A DNA stretch of 56,685 nucleotides, from the NCBI GenBank assembly GCA_040402735.1, contig JBBALZ010000001.1, forward strand, positions 1 to 56,685, in the 5' to 3' direction. Positions 1 through 9,960 of this stretch are shown here, in pieces (the first letter of the stretch is position 1; each line of letters starts with the position of its first letter). Both the position numbers and the translations under genes were made by a program. This DNA comes from Bdellovibrionota bacterium (GTDB taxonomy: Bacteria; Bdellovibrionota_C; UBA2361; OMII01). The notes below the pieces were generated by a model. It searched no databases, was not told the DNA's origin, and saw only the letters and a program-made list of their open reading frames with translations.

Positions 1-52
1 GCTTTCGAGTATCTGCACCATTTTCATCCTCCTTAACTGCCGAATTTAGGTT
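1..52 (-). repeat. R3 repeat module (truncated by the window edge)
   Basis: The reverse complement of 1-52 matches 15418-15468 (AACCTAAATTCRGCAGTTAAGGAGGATGAAAATGGTGCAGAT...) with 3 substitutions and 1 indel. Confidence 0.85.
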
Positions 53-128
53 TAAGTGTCATCCATCACTATATGACAGATTTGCGCTGATCTAGATATC
101 CCTAAAATGAGGTGCTAACGAAATACTT

Positions 129-161
129 GCAACTACTCGGCACAAAGTGCTGAGTAGTTAC
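129..161. repeat. R1-type terminal hairpin (GCAACTACTCGGCAC-AAA-GTGCTGAGTAGTTAC)
   Basis: A 15-nt inverted repeat around a 3-nt loop. The arms are the AACTACTC / GAGTAGTT motif that ends the R1 elements elsewhere. Confidence 0.75.
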
Positions 162-654
162 CGAGAACGATACTTGGGAACGCCAAAAAAGGACCGTTCA
201 TAAACGATTATTCAGGGAGAAATAGCGTCGGGATGCGAATCGGGAACCGTTGCCTGCGGATTAACGAGGAATCCCCATCCTCATACTAGTCGCCATAGTT
301 ATCGTCGTGGGAATGCAAGAGGGGTAGCTATTTAAGAGCGCAAAGGGCTTTTACCCTAACAAGAGCAGCTAAGGCGAATGGGAATTGTGCAGACTCTAAA
401 AAGCAAAAAAGGGGGGTTCACTTTTCGGAGGCGCAACCCTGGCACCGTCAGGGTGAGCATCGAAAATTAAAAAACAGAAGTGATTTTGGGCAGCTGCGCC
501 ATTTTTCAGACCCGCAACTGCCATCGTCAGGGTTACGGCTGCTAAGACTTGAAGCCCCGCCGCCTACTCAACCCTTATATTTCAGCTTCATTCAACATGC
601 GCTTGCACTCCTTCGATCAGCAGCGTTGCCCCCTCCTACCGCATCACAAAGAAC

Positions 655-2079
655 CTACCGCACTACCAAACTCTGCGCCGCGTCTCTTACAATCACGAGT
701 AGGTTCTCGGGCAAAGCACCAAAAACAACTACTGCTACCGCGCAAAGACCGATAGCCAGTGTAGCCTGTACCGGCACACGCAACGGCTCACCGATGTCAT
801 CCCTTGTTGAAAGAATCGCCACGGGCACTCGAAAATAGTACGCGCATGCTAGGGCAGAATTCAATGCCGCGATGATCGCAAGGCCAAAAAATTCAGCAGA
901 CAAAGCTGACGAGAAAAGATAGACCTTACCCATAAGTCCAGCCAGACTCGGAGGTAGTCCAGCTAGTGCCAAGAAAAACAGGGTCATGCACACCGCTAAG
1001 AATGGGCTACGTTTCCCAAGCCCCTTGAGATCATCGATTGAATCAGCATCTGGACCAATCGCTGACAGCACGGCGAACGCCCCAATAGTCATCGCGCAGT
1101 AAACGATAACATAGTACAAGGTCGCCCCGATCGCCTCGGCAGCCGATCCAGCAACCACTAGGCCGATCATCATGTATCCAGCCTGCGCTACGCTGGAATA
1201 CGCCAGCATGCGCTTTATACTCCTTTGCTGTAGCGCAGCTAGGTTCCCTACCGTCATAGCCAATACGCTTAAGATCCATAACGGCCCAACCGTCCAAAGC
1301 TCGGTAAAGCCAAACGAACTGGCAAGCACTCGCACAAGCGTCGCCACAGCAGCAACTTTTACAACACAACTCATAAAGGTTGTGACCGAAGTTGGCGCTC
1401 CCTGGTAAACATCCGGAACCCAGAAGTGAAACGGTGCGAGTCCGATCTTAAACGCCACGCCAACCAAAATCATCAGAAATGATAACGCCACTATAGGCGC
1501 ATTCACTGCAACTGTACCTCCCGCGCTGAGCGCCAATGAACCCGTCGCACCGTACCATAACGCTATCCCGTACAGTAGAAAGCCAGAACTAAAGCAGCCT
1601 AACAGAAAATACTTCATTGAGGCTTCCGATGAGCGCCTTTCATCTACACGCGCAGCACAGAGACAATACAAGGCAAGCGATGCAACCTCGACTCCGATAA
1701 ACAGGGTCAGGAAATCTGCCGCAAACACCATAATCAGCGCGCCACACAACGATGTAAGCATCAGATAGTAATACTCACTAAGCATCGCCACCTTCTCACC
1801 TTCTAGCGACCCAGAAGTTGCTACGATGCTGACCAGACCTGCGATACAGGTTACAACAGCTAGGATTCGGGTGCCTGAGTTCACGACGATTCCAAACCCT
1901 GCTGCCGCTGCCGTATCACTCAACCCCAGTGTGCACCACACCGCAATCGCTATCAGAGAAACGGCAAATAGTGCAGACGCTCGTACGTTCTCAATCGCAC
2001 GCCCTCCAAGGAGGTATCCGAGGCTACCGACCGATAGTACAAGAATAGGAGCAAACGAAGCTATGGCATTCATAAACAC
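655..2079 (-). CDS. nuoN: NADH-quinone oxidoreductase subunit N
   Basis: 474-aa polytopic membrane ORF with the antiporter-like motif APFHFWVPDVYQGAP. Last gene in the J-K-L-M-N order. Confidence 0.93.
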   Translation of the reverse strand: MFMNAIASFAPILVLSVGSLGYLLGGRAIENVRASALFAVSLIAIAVWCTLGLSDTAAAAGFGIVVNSGTRILAVVTCIAGLVSIVATSGSLEGEKVAMLSEYYYLMLTSLCGALIMVFAADFLTLFIGVEVASLALYCLCAARVDERRSSEASMKYFLLGCFSSGFLLYGIALWYGATGSLALSAGGTVAVNAPIVALSFLMILVGVAFKIGLAPFHFWVPDVYQGAPTSVTTFMSCVVKVAAVATLVRVLASSFGFTELWTVGPLWILSVLAMTVGNLAALQQRSIKRMLAYSSVAQAGYMMIGLVVAGSAAEAIGATLYYVIVYCAMTIGAFAVLSAIGPDADSIDDLKGLGKRSPFLAVCMTLFFLALAGLPPSLAGLMGKVYLFSSALSAEFFGLAIIAALNSALACAYYFRVPVAILSTRDDIGEPLRVPVQATLAIGLCAVAVVVFGALPENLLVIVRDAAQSLVVR

Positions 2080-2083
2080 ACAC

Positions 2084-3748
2084 CTAATGATCTAAAACGT
2101 ATTCCATAGCAGCATCGCGATTGACAGGCATGGATACCGTCTGAGCTGCCACACTAGATAACGATGGCTGCGCATCATCCTCCACCCCCCGCCGTTGACC
2201 CGCTTGCGAGCCCTTAGCCGATCCAGAGGGCCCCCTAGTCTCAATCTGTAAAGTGACCGCGGGCTCAACAACAGAAAGAACCCGCGAGGGTATCAAACCT
2301 AAACCAACAACCGCGAGCGCTAGAGCAGACATGACAACCAAATCTCCTCCACTGATATCTGAGCGCCGTAGCGGAACCGTATCGGAAGCTGGTCCAAACA
2401 TAGTCTTTAAGTAGGCAGTTAGGGTATAGACCGCCCCTACAACGACTCCCGCCATGGCAACTACGGTCCACTGCGGATAATTAGTCCACGAGCCCATTAA
2501 AATTAAAAACTCACCGACAAAGCTACTGGTAAGTGGAAGAGCCACAGCCGCTAAGCTAAAAATCATCAGGAAGAAAGCTGTGACCGGGAGCTTTGCGGCG
2601 AGGCCTCCAAGACTCTCAAAATCACTTGCACCTTCGCGCTCTATAATCGTTCCGAAGAGCAGAAACAGCGCTGCCGTCACCAACCCGTGGCTAACAGCCT
2701 GAAAAACAGCTCCCGTTACCGACATCTGGCTCATTGCGGCGATACCGAGGATGCAGAACCCCAGGTGCGACAGTGACGAGTACGCGAGAAGTGAGCGTAT
2801 CTCACGCTGGGTCAACGCAATCACTCCACCGTATACAACCCCCACAGCTCCTACCGCCGCGATGTAGGGCCCAAACACAGCGAGCGCATCGGGAAATAGC
2901 GGCACCACAAAGCGAATCACTCCGTAGAGACCTACTTTACCCAGGAGCGCTGCGGTGAACGCCGCCATCCCGTATGGTGCTTCACGATACGTATCGGCTA
3001 ACCATCCATGCAGCGGAACCGCCGGTATCTTTACGCCAAAGGCGACAAGAAAACAGAGACAGAGCAGAATCTGCTCATTAAGCGCCAAACGGGGCATAGA
3101 ACTTAGCGTTGCGATCTCAAATCCAAACGAGCTCATTCCCGAGTGCTGTTGCATCGTTTGAACCCCTTGCCATCCCAGATATAGGATCGCAATAAACATA
3201 AATACCGAGCCAAACATCGTATAGAGCAGAAACTTTAAAGCTGCCTGCATCCTGCGGACACCTCCCCACAGGACCATGGCAACCAAAACCGGGATCAACA
3301 TCAACTCATACAAAACGTAAAACAGCACCAGGTCAGTCGCCAGAAAAGCTCCAGTAACCGCAGACTGACCAAGTAACAAAAGAGCGTACCAGGCTGGCCC
3401 CGCAGCCGCAGGCTTGCTCGACCACCCAATAACCGCAAAGGTTATTACGCAGGTTAAAAGAGCAAAGACGAACGAGATCCCATCAAGGGTCAGATGAAAT
3501 GAAACACCCCACGAGGGTATCCACGGAAGCGACTCCTCAACTCGCAAAAAGCTCTGTGGGTTCGATAGACCTGCCCCGGCGATCGACATCAGCAGGACCA
3601 GTGTAGTTAAACATCCTAATAGCGCCCAGATGCGGCAGAGCCGCCCGTTGGTATCCCGCTCACGAGCAAACCACGGTCCCATAGCTAGAAGAGCTACAAG
3701 AGCTGGGACGATAATAACCGAACTAAGTGGTGGCCACGCTGCTACCAT
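2084..3748 (-). CDS. nuoM: NADH-quinone oxidoreductase subunit M
   Basis: 554 aa with the ND4/NuoM-type motif PLHGWLADTYREAP. Lies between nuoL and nuoN. Carries a soluble C-terminal tail not typical of NuoM. Confidence 0.93.
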   Translation of the reverse strand: MVAAWPPLSSVIIVPALVALLAMGPWFARERDTNGRLCRIWALLGCLTTLVLLMSIAGAGLSNPQSFLRVEESLPWIPSWGVSFHLTLDGISFVFALLTCVITFAVIGWSSKPAAAGPAWYALLLLGQSAVTGAFLATDLVLFYVLYELMLIPVLVAMVLWGGVRRMQAALKFLLYTMFGSVFMFIAILYLGWQGVQTMQQHSGMSSFGFEIATLSSMPRLALNEQILLCLCFLVAFGVKIPAVPLHGWLADTYREAPYGMAAFTAALLGKVGLYGVIRFVVPLFPDALAVFGPYIAAVGAVGVVYGGVIALTQREIRSLLAYSSLSHLGFCILGIAAMSQMSVTGAVFQAVSHGLVTAALFLLFGTIIEREGASDFESLGGLAAKLPVTAFFLMIFSLAAVALPLTSSFVGEFLILMGSWTNYPQWTVVAMAGVVVGAVYTLTAYLKTMFGPASDTVPLRRSDISGGDLVVMSALALAVVGLGLIPSRVLSVVEPAVTLQIETRGPSGSAKGSQAGQRRGVEDDAQPSLSSVAAQTVSMPVNRDAAMEYVLDH

Positions 3749-3762
3749 CGCACTACCTCACC

Positions 3763-5637
3763 TCAAACAAATAGACGTAAAAGCACAGCGATTGCGCCGA
3801 ACATAATTAACACATATGTCGCCACCTGGCCGGTAGTTACTCGGCAGGTCAACTCTCCCACAGCACTGGTCACAACGCCGATAGCTCCACCACTGCCCTC
3901 AACCACCGTCTGGTTGATGGTCCGCGAAACTATCCGCGAGATCGCCGCAACCGGAGCGATAATCGCTCGGTCGTACAGCTCATCGATGAAGTACTTACCA
4001 GAGAACAACTTCTCAAAGGGCCAGGCGAACTTCCGTATCGTTTTTGTAAGAGAAGGAGCGATCAGATACAGCCAAACAGCCAATCCGATTCCAACGATGC
4101 CTGGCACTGAGCCTATCAAGTAACCTAAAATGCCTGGAGCTGCCTCGTGCAGCGCTGTTGGGGGCAACGGCCCGGTAACATACGTGGGCAATGAATGGTG
4201 CAGCAACAAACCACCAACGACCGAAAGGGCCGCAAGCACAAATACCGGTGCAGTCATCACTAGCGGCGCCTCATGTGGGTGCTCTGAGCCTCGGTAGCTA
4301 CCGAGAAAGGTAAGGATAAACGAGCGCCCCATATAAAGTGCAGTACACACAGCGACCGATGTAGCTATAAATCCGATAAGGGGAAGCTGTGCGGTGAGAT
4401 ATGGATTACTGATCTCATGAATCGATTCGAAGATCGCGTGCTTTGAAAAGTACCCAGCAAACGGGGCAATTCCGGCAATCGCTAAAGTGGCTACGCCGTA
4501 CGACACGCAAGTAAGCGGCATCTTAGCCGCCAATCCTCCCATGCGCTGCATATCTTGCTCGTGGTGGCAGCCGTGAATAACCGAGCCAGCACTCAAGAAC
4601 AAGCAAGCCTTAAAGAACGCGTGTGTGACAACATGGAACAGTGCCACGCCGTAACATCCAGCCCCCACCGCTACAAACATAAAACCTAGTTGGCTTACCG
4701 TTGAGTACGCCAAGACCTTCTTTATATCGTTCTGAACCAACGCCACCGTAGCTGCTAGCGCTGCCGTAGCAAGTGCCACCCACATGATCGTTGCCGGCAC
4801 TGCTGGATCGAACTCAAGCACTCCATGCATCCGCCCCATCAAGTATATCCCCGCTGTGACCATAGTAGCAGCGTGGATGAGCGCTGAAACCGGAGTGGGG
4901 CCAGCCATGGCATCAGGTAGCCAGGTAAAGAGCGGCAGTTGCGCCGACTTTCCAGTTGCCGCAAAAAACAACATTAAACCAGCAATAAGCCCCATATCGG
5001 CTGGTAACTTTGCGAGCATCTGAGGAGTATTCAAGTTGACAACATCGAGCGTGCCGCAGTACTGGAGCAAAATAGCCATGGCGACCAAGAATCCAACGTC
5101 CCCGATCCGGTTCATCACAAAAGCCTTTCTTCCTGCGCTTGCGTAGTCACGATTGGAGTACCAAAAGCCTATCAGCAGGTATGAACAGAGCCCTACCCCC
5201 TCCCAGCCGATAAACACAACCGGCAGCGACTTACCCAACACCAGTATGAGCATCGCTGCGACAAACAGATTTAAGTAAGCAAAAAAACGCGGTCGGCTTG
5301 GATCGTGGGCCATGTAACCCGTTGCGTAGAGATGAATGAGGGAACCGATCCCAGTAATAACCAGACACATAACGGCAGAGAGTCTATCAAAGTAGAGCTC
5401 CAGGGGCAGCGAGAAGCTCCCGAACGACAACCACGAGCCAAGAGATACAGTAACCGATTCGGCCCCTACCCCGATTCCGCGCCACAACGAAACGGTGCAT
5501 CCGAACGCGGCGACGACAGCAAGGGTAGCGATAAACCCGGAAAGAGCTGGCAGCCGCCGACCGATACCATAGGTCAAAGCCGAGCCTAGAGCTGGGATAA
5601 GAACGAGAAGGGTTAACAATCCTTGCGAGCTTTGCAT
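3763..5637 (-). CDS. nuoL: NADH-quinone oxidoreductase subunit L
   Basis: 624 aa with the ND5/NuoL motif LPLFTWLPDAMAGPTPVSALIHAATMV. Confidence 0.95.
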   Translation of the reverse strand: MQSSQGLLTLLVLIPALGSALTYGIGRRLPALSGFIATLAVVAAFGCTVSLWRGIGVGAESVTVSLGSWLSFGSFSLPLELYFDRLSAVMCLVITGIGSLIHLYATGYMAHDPSRPRFFAYLNLFVAAMLILVLGKSLPVVFIGWEGVGLCSYLLIGFWYSNRDYASAGRKAFVMNRIGDVGFLVAMAILLQYCGTLDVVNLNTPQMLAKLPADMGLIAGLMLFFAATGKSAQLPLFTWLPDAMAGPTPVSALIHAATMVTAGIYLMGRMHGVLEFDPAVPATIMWVALATAALAATVALVQNDIKKVLAYSTVSQLGFMFVAVGAGCYGVALFHVVTHAFFKACLFLSAGSVIHGCHHEQDMQRMGGLAAKMPLTCVSYGVATLAIAGIAPFAGYFSKHAIFESIHEISNPYLTAQLPLIGFIATSVAVCTALYMGRSFILTFLGSYRGSEHPHEAPLVMTAPVFVLAALSVVGGLLLHHSLPTYVTGPLPPTALHEAAPGILGYLIGSVPGIVGIGLAVWLYLIAPSLTKTIRKFAWPFEKLFSGKYFIDELYDRAIIAPVAAISRIVSRTINQTVVEGSGGAIGVVTSAVGELTCRVTTGQVATYVLIMFGAIAVLLRLFV

Positions 5638-5662
5638 ACCATCTAACCTTTAATCTGCCTGG

Positions 5663-5965
5663 CTACCACTTAAGCTGCCCAGCGTCGGTAGTTTCAACCG
5701 ACTCAATGTTACGAAAGACTGAGAGGATTATCGCCAGTCCGATCGCTGATTCCGCTGCGGCTATAACCATCACAAAAAAAACTGCTACCTGCCCATCGAG
5801 GTTCCCATGCAGCTTGCTAAACGCAACAAACGCCAGGTTTACCGCGTTGAGCATCATCTCGATGCACATGAAAACTACGATTGCATTGCGTCTGAGACAG
5901 ACACCTACGGCGCCGATAACAAACAACACCATCGATAACCCAACGTAAGTGAGAACAGAACTCAT
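5663..5965 (-). CDS. nuoK: NADH-quinone oxidoreductase subunit K
   Basis: 100-aa ND4L-like protein with three TM helices, located between nuoJ and nuoL. Confidence 0.9.
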   Translation of the reverse strand: MSSVLTYVGLSMVLFVIGAVGVCLRRNAIVVFMCIEMMLNAVNLAFVAFSKLHGNLDGQVAVFFVMVIAAAESAIGLAIILSVFRNIESVETTDAGQLKW

Positions 5966-6514
5966 TTACTTGCTCCCTCCAACTAAACCACCTGGGCGGG
6001 GCGCCAGTTCGACGTTCTTGCGCTTGGCGAGCATCACAGCCCCTACTATCCCGATTAACAACACAAGAGACGCCAACTCGAATTGGGCTACATACTTTGT
6101 GTAGAGCTCTCTACCAATAGCCTGCACCGTTCCAACAGAGCTCATCATATTGTCACTTACTGTGCTTGATGACATACCCGAAAAATGTGCTAAAATTGGC
6201 GGGAGCGCCGACATTACCACCATACACCCGACCACCAGCGCTGTAGCACACCGAACGAACCCCAGTCTCCTTCCTGACTCAGACTTTAAGTTGAGCAACA
6301 TCAGCACAAACAGTACTAGCACCATAATTGCGCCTGCATACACAACCACCTGCGAAACCGCTAGAAAGTGCGCATCGAGCGAAGCATAGAGACCAGCAAC
6401 GGCCAGCAGATTGACCACCAACGCGAAGGCGCTAAAGAGCGGGTTGCGTAACCCAACAACGCAGATACCTGAGACCACAGCGGTCATTCCTATTAAGAAG
6501 CTAATCACATTCAT
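5966..6514 (-). CDS. nuoJ: NADH-quinone oxidoreductase subunit J
   Basis: 182-aa ND6-like membrane protein. Overlaps nuoH by 4 nt and abuts nuoK. Confidence 0.88.
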   Translation of the reverse strand: MNVISFLIGMTAVVSGICVVGLRNPLFSAFALVVNLLAVAGLYASLDAHFLAVSQVVVYAGAIMVLVLFVLMLLNLKSESGRRLGFVRCATALVVGCMVVMSALPPILAHFSGMSSSTVSDNMMSSVGTVQAIGRELYTKYVAQFELASLVLLIGIVGAVMLAKRKNVELAPRPGGLVGGSK

Positions 6515-7608
6515 GCCAGCACCTTTACAATCGCGGTCAACACCAAGTTCGCCAAGCTAACCGGAAGCAACAGCTTCCACCCTAAATTCATCAATTGGTC
6601 GTAGCGAAACCTGGGCAAGGTCCAGCGAATAACGATCTGCAGAACGCAAAAGAATACTACCTTAGTCATGAGCACAAAGTGCCCGAGCAACGCAGCCCAC
6701 CAGACACCTTCGGGAAGCTGCACCCAAGGTATCTGCCATCCGCCGAAAAACAGCAGCGCCAACAAAAGAGCAAAGAGCGCTATCTCGCAGAACTCTCCCA
6801 ACCAGAAGAGCAGGAACTTCATTCCTGAGTACTCTGTAAAGTAGCCCGCTGCTAACTCCGACTCGGCTTCCGGTAGGTCAAACGGCCCACGCTTGGTCTC
6901 AGCCATACCGGCCAGTAACAGCACTACAAAGCCAACGGGCTGCATGAACACACCCCACTTAGGCAGAAATCCCAAGACAAGGTCTCCCTGCTGCTCAACG
7001 ATTGAGTATACATCAAGGGTTCCATACACCACGATAAGCGCCACGAACACGAGTCCCATAGGTAACTCATACGAGATCATCTGCGCAGCTGCGCGCAATG
7101 CCCCAAGAAGCGAGAACTTATTGTTTCCTGTCCAGCCAGCGATTGCGACTCCATACACCGCTACCGAACCCATCGCCAGAACGAACAGCAATCCAGCATC
7201 GATTGGAGCTACTCGCGGGTGAATACGATAACCGAAAAGATAGAAATCCGGAGCCAACGGAAGCACAGCAAACGCCAACATGATCGGCATAACCGCAATT
7301 ATTGGCGCTACCGCGTGCAGGAATTTTGAGGTTCCTTCGGGTACGAAATCTTCCTTCCACAACCCTTTTAGCGAATCACACAGAAGCGTATTGATCACCC
7401 CTAACCACCCCATCATTCTAATAACGGGAAGAATCGGCTTTAGGTACCACCGGTCAGACTCAACGAAAGCCCCTGCACGGTTGGCTCCCACACGGTCCTG
7501 AATTAACGCTGAACCCTTGCGCTCAAGCCAGGTACAGAGAGACCCAAGCACAAGGGCTATATTAAGAACAAATCCGACTTTAATCAGTAAAACGAGTAGC
7601 TCAAACAT
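6511..7608 (-). CDS. nuoH: NADH-quinone oxidoreductase subunit H
   Basis: 365-aa ND1-like polytopic protein (ERKGSALIQDRVGANR, YFTEYSGMKF) directly downstream of nuoG. Confidence 0.93.
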   Translation of the reverse strand: MFELLVLLIKVGFVLNIALVLGSLCTWLERKGSALIQDRVGANRAGAFVESDRWYLKPILPVIRMMGWLGVINTLLCDSLKGLWKEDFVPEGTSKFLHAVAPIIAVMPIMLAFAVLPLAPDFYLFGYRIHPRVAPIDAGLLFVLAMGSVAVYGVAIAGWTGNNKFSLLGALRAAAQMISYELPMGLVFVALIVVYGTLDVYSIVEQQGDLVLGFLPKWGVFMQPVGFVVLLLAGMAETKRGPFDLPEAESELAAGYFTEYSGMKFLLFWLGEFCEIALFALLLALLFFGGWQIPWVQLPEGVWWAALLGHFVLMTKVVFFCVLQIVIRWTLPRFRYDQLMNLGWKLLLPVSLANLVLTAIVKVLA

Positions 7609-7614
7609 AACCCA

Positions 7615-9306
7615 CTATGCCGCCGATGGCGCTCCCTGCGAAAGTGTTGTCAAAGCCTCATTACCTGTGGTCTTTGTTGGCGCCTGGAGTTGCACACCAC
7701 CGTTCTTGATAGTCTGAATCGTTAATGCCTGTGCGGCCAAGACGGTATCTGTCGCCAGATACCAGCGAGTCAGGTCACGATCGCTCATCGCCTTGAGGTC
7801 CCCAGGGATTAACTTTATGCCAGCAGCATCGGCCAGCATCGCCAGAAAGCGCCATTCCGGAAACGTACCATCGCGAAGCGACACAACATTCTGAGTATAC
7901 TGTAAGCGCATCTGGCGATTCAGCAGTAATCCAGATTTCTCGAGGATTGTGCGTCCCGGAACCACAAACGAGGCCACACCAGCAAGAGGCGATTCGCCAT
8001 CTCCTATCACTGCCACCGATACCTTGGCAGCTCTAATCCCATCTAACAACGCGGCATCGATATCCTGTGCAGCTATCGCGCGATCCCCCAGGATCAAGAC
8101 ATTCTCAATCTCCTTGCGACGAATCTTACCCAAAACATCCTGGTACTCACTGTCGGGCAGCTCGCCGATAAGCCCTGTCAGTTGCGCGCCGCGGAAATTA
8201 GCCGCGTAATCAGGGCTGACTAGAAGCTCCTCAACCGGCGTCAAGCCACGCCCGCAGTAAGCTATAACAGCACGGCTCACCGAGGCTGCGCGTAACAAGA
8301 GTTGGCGCAGGATATAGTACTCCTCAAGCAACAGGTCAGGCCCAGCTAGCACTGTGAGTGTTTTAAGGTTGCCTTTGAGAGCTGCAAATACATCCATTAT
8401 TGTGGAGGCCGCTACTACACCGCTCTTGTTCGCAACAACTTCGGTAATACGCTGCTTTGGGAGGAAGCGCTCAAAGCCGTATCGCCCCTCATCACACAAC
8501 CACTCTTTGTTTACGGCATCGTTACGACGGCCCTTAACCTGCACAACCTGTCCATCGCGCTCAGCAACCTTGACGTTACACCCCGTTGAACAACCGGGGC
8601 AGATACTCTCAGTCTGCTTGGTAAACCATATGCGGGTGTTAAAACGCCACTTACGGTGCGTCAGAGCACCCACTGGGCAGAGATCTACTACGGAGCCAGA
8701 GAGCGGATTGTTAAGCTCCTTACCTGGGCTAGTCGCTATCACCGACTGATCACCCCGGTTGAGCATCCCCAACTCGGATGTCTTAGTTACCTCATCGCAG
8801 AATCGGATACACCGCGTACACATGATGCAGCGCTCGCCGTCAAGCATCACCGTTGGTCCTAGCGGGAGAGCTTTGACCTTGTGGACCTTCTCCTCTAAGA
8901 AACGGCTTGAACGCGCATTGTACTCGAAGTGGTAGTCTTGCAACTTACAGTGCCCTGCCTGATCACACACGGTGCAATCAAGAGGATGGTTAATCAGGAT
9001 AAATTCGAGCACCGCTGCCTGCGAATCGGCTACATCCTTGCTCGTAAGGTGGGTTGCAACTTCCATGCCTTCAGCCACGTTTGTGTTGCAGGCGATCGTC
9101 ATCTTTGGCTGCCCCTTAACTGACACCTGACACATCCGGCAGTTACCAGCAACCGATAGGTGCGGATGGTAACAGTAGTGCGGGACCTCAATGCCAGCAG
9201 TCTTTGCAGCCTCGATAAGATTCGTGCCCTTAGGAACCTGAACTGGCTTGCCATCAATCGTCAATGTGACCATCTCAGGCGCCTTGGGAGTTGCTGTATC
9301 AGCCAT
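7615..9306 (-). CDS. nuoG: NADH-quinone oxidoreductase subunit G (short form)
   Basis: 563 aa. N-terminal 2Fe-2S ferredoxin fold (CYHPHLSVAGNCRMC), HPLDCTVCDQAGHCKLQD and CIMCTRCIRFC 4Fe-4S motifs, and a shortened molybdopterin-like C-terminus. Confidence 0.92.
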   Translation of the reverse strand: MADTATPKAPEMVTLTIDGKPVQVPKGTNLIEAAKTAGIEVPHYCYHPHLSVAGNCRMCQVSVKGQPKMTIACNTNVAEGMEVATHLTSKDVADSQAAVLEFILINHPLDCTVCDQAGHCKLQDYHFEYNARSSRFLEEKVHKVKALPLGPTVMLDGERCIMCTRCIRFCDEVTKTSELGMLNRGDQSVIATSPGKELNNPLSGSVVDLCPVGALTHRKWRFNTRIWFTKQTESICPGCSTGCNVKVAERDGQVVQVKGRRNDAVNKEWLCDEGRYGFERFLPKQRITEVVANKSGVVAASTIMDVFAALKGNLKTLTVLAGPDLLLEEYYILRQLLLRAASVSRAVIAYCGRGLTPVEELLVSPDYAANFRGAQLTGLIGELPDSEYQDVLGKIRRKEIENVLILGDRAIAAQDIDAALLDGIRAAKVSVAVIGDGESPLAGVASFVVPGRTILEKSGLLLNRQMRLQYTQNVVSLRDGTFPEWRFLAMLADAAGIKLIPGDLKAMSDRDLTRWYLATDTVLAAQALTIQTIKNGGVQLQAPTKTTGNEALTTLSQGAPSAA

Positions 9307-9336
9307 TACATCACTCGCTTTTCACACAATAATCAT

Positions 9337-9960
9337 TTACCGAATCTCGGACTTGGGACAACCCGACAACCCAGCTCCCAACTCATCGCGCACCGTTGAG
9401 AAACGCAGATCAGGTCGCTCTTTGTCGATCCTCGCAATAATCGTGTCCAGTTTGGACTCAGTCAGATTCTCAAAAAACACGTCGTTAATCTGGCACATCG
9501 GCGCTGTACCGCACGATCCGAGACACTCAACCTCTTCGAAGCTCCACAAACCGTCGGCACTGACCTCACCCGGCTTCAAGTCAAACTTCTTGTGCAGGTA
9601 CTCTGAAACCATCTTCGCACCACGCAGCGCACACGGCAGCGTTCGACAAACCTGAAAGTGATACTTTCCTACCGGCTTCTTGTAGTACATCGTGTAGAAG
9701 GTAGCGACCTCCCACACCTGTACCGGAGCGATCGATAACTTGTCAGCTACCCACTCGACGGCTTCCTGAGAGATATACCCCAATTCATCCTGAGCGATGT
9801 ACAGCAGCGGCATAATCGCCGACCTGCTCTGCGGGTAACGCGGAATAATCTCCGTTGCCCTCTTCTCTGCCGCTGCAGAGAGAACCACCTTCTTCGTCAC
9901 CGGAGCAATCTTCTTCGTGCCTATGTGAAAAACCTGTCCGCTATCGGTCACACTCACCAC
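9337..9960 (-). CDS. nuoE: NADH-quinone oxidoreductase subunit E
   Basis: 207 aa with the thioredoxin-like 2Fe-2S pattern CRTLPC...CLGSCGTAPMCQIND. The start overlaps the nuoD end by 20 nt, so the true start is uncertain. Confidence 0.88.
   Translation of the reverse strand: MVSVTDSGQVFHIGTKKIAPVTKKVVLSAAAEKRATEIIPRYPQSRSAIMPLLYIAQDELGYISQEAVEWVADKLSIAPVQVWEVATFYTMYYKKPVGKYHFQVCRTLPCALRGAKMVSEYLHKKFDLKPGEVSADGLWSFEEVECLGSCGTAPMCQINDVFFENLTESKLDTIIARIDKERPDLRFSTVRDELGAGLSGCPKSEIR

Noticed and set aside
20-45. The CATCCTCCTTAAC stretch resembles the 3-prime end of 16S rRNA (GATCACCTCCTTA).
   Set aside because: The match is short and imperfect with no surrounding rRNA-like sequence. The same stretch recurs at 15.4 kb as part of R3.
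9307-9336. A hidden nuoF between nuoE and nuoG, and likewise a hidden nuoI between nuoH and nuoJ (6511-6514).
   Set aside because: The gaps are 30 nt and a 4-nt overlap. Neither NuoE nor NuoG is long enough to contain a fused 51-kDa subunit, and no FMN or NADH-binding glycine-rich motifs were seen.
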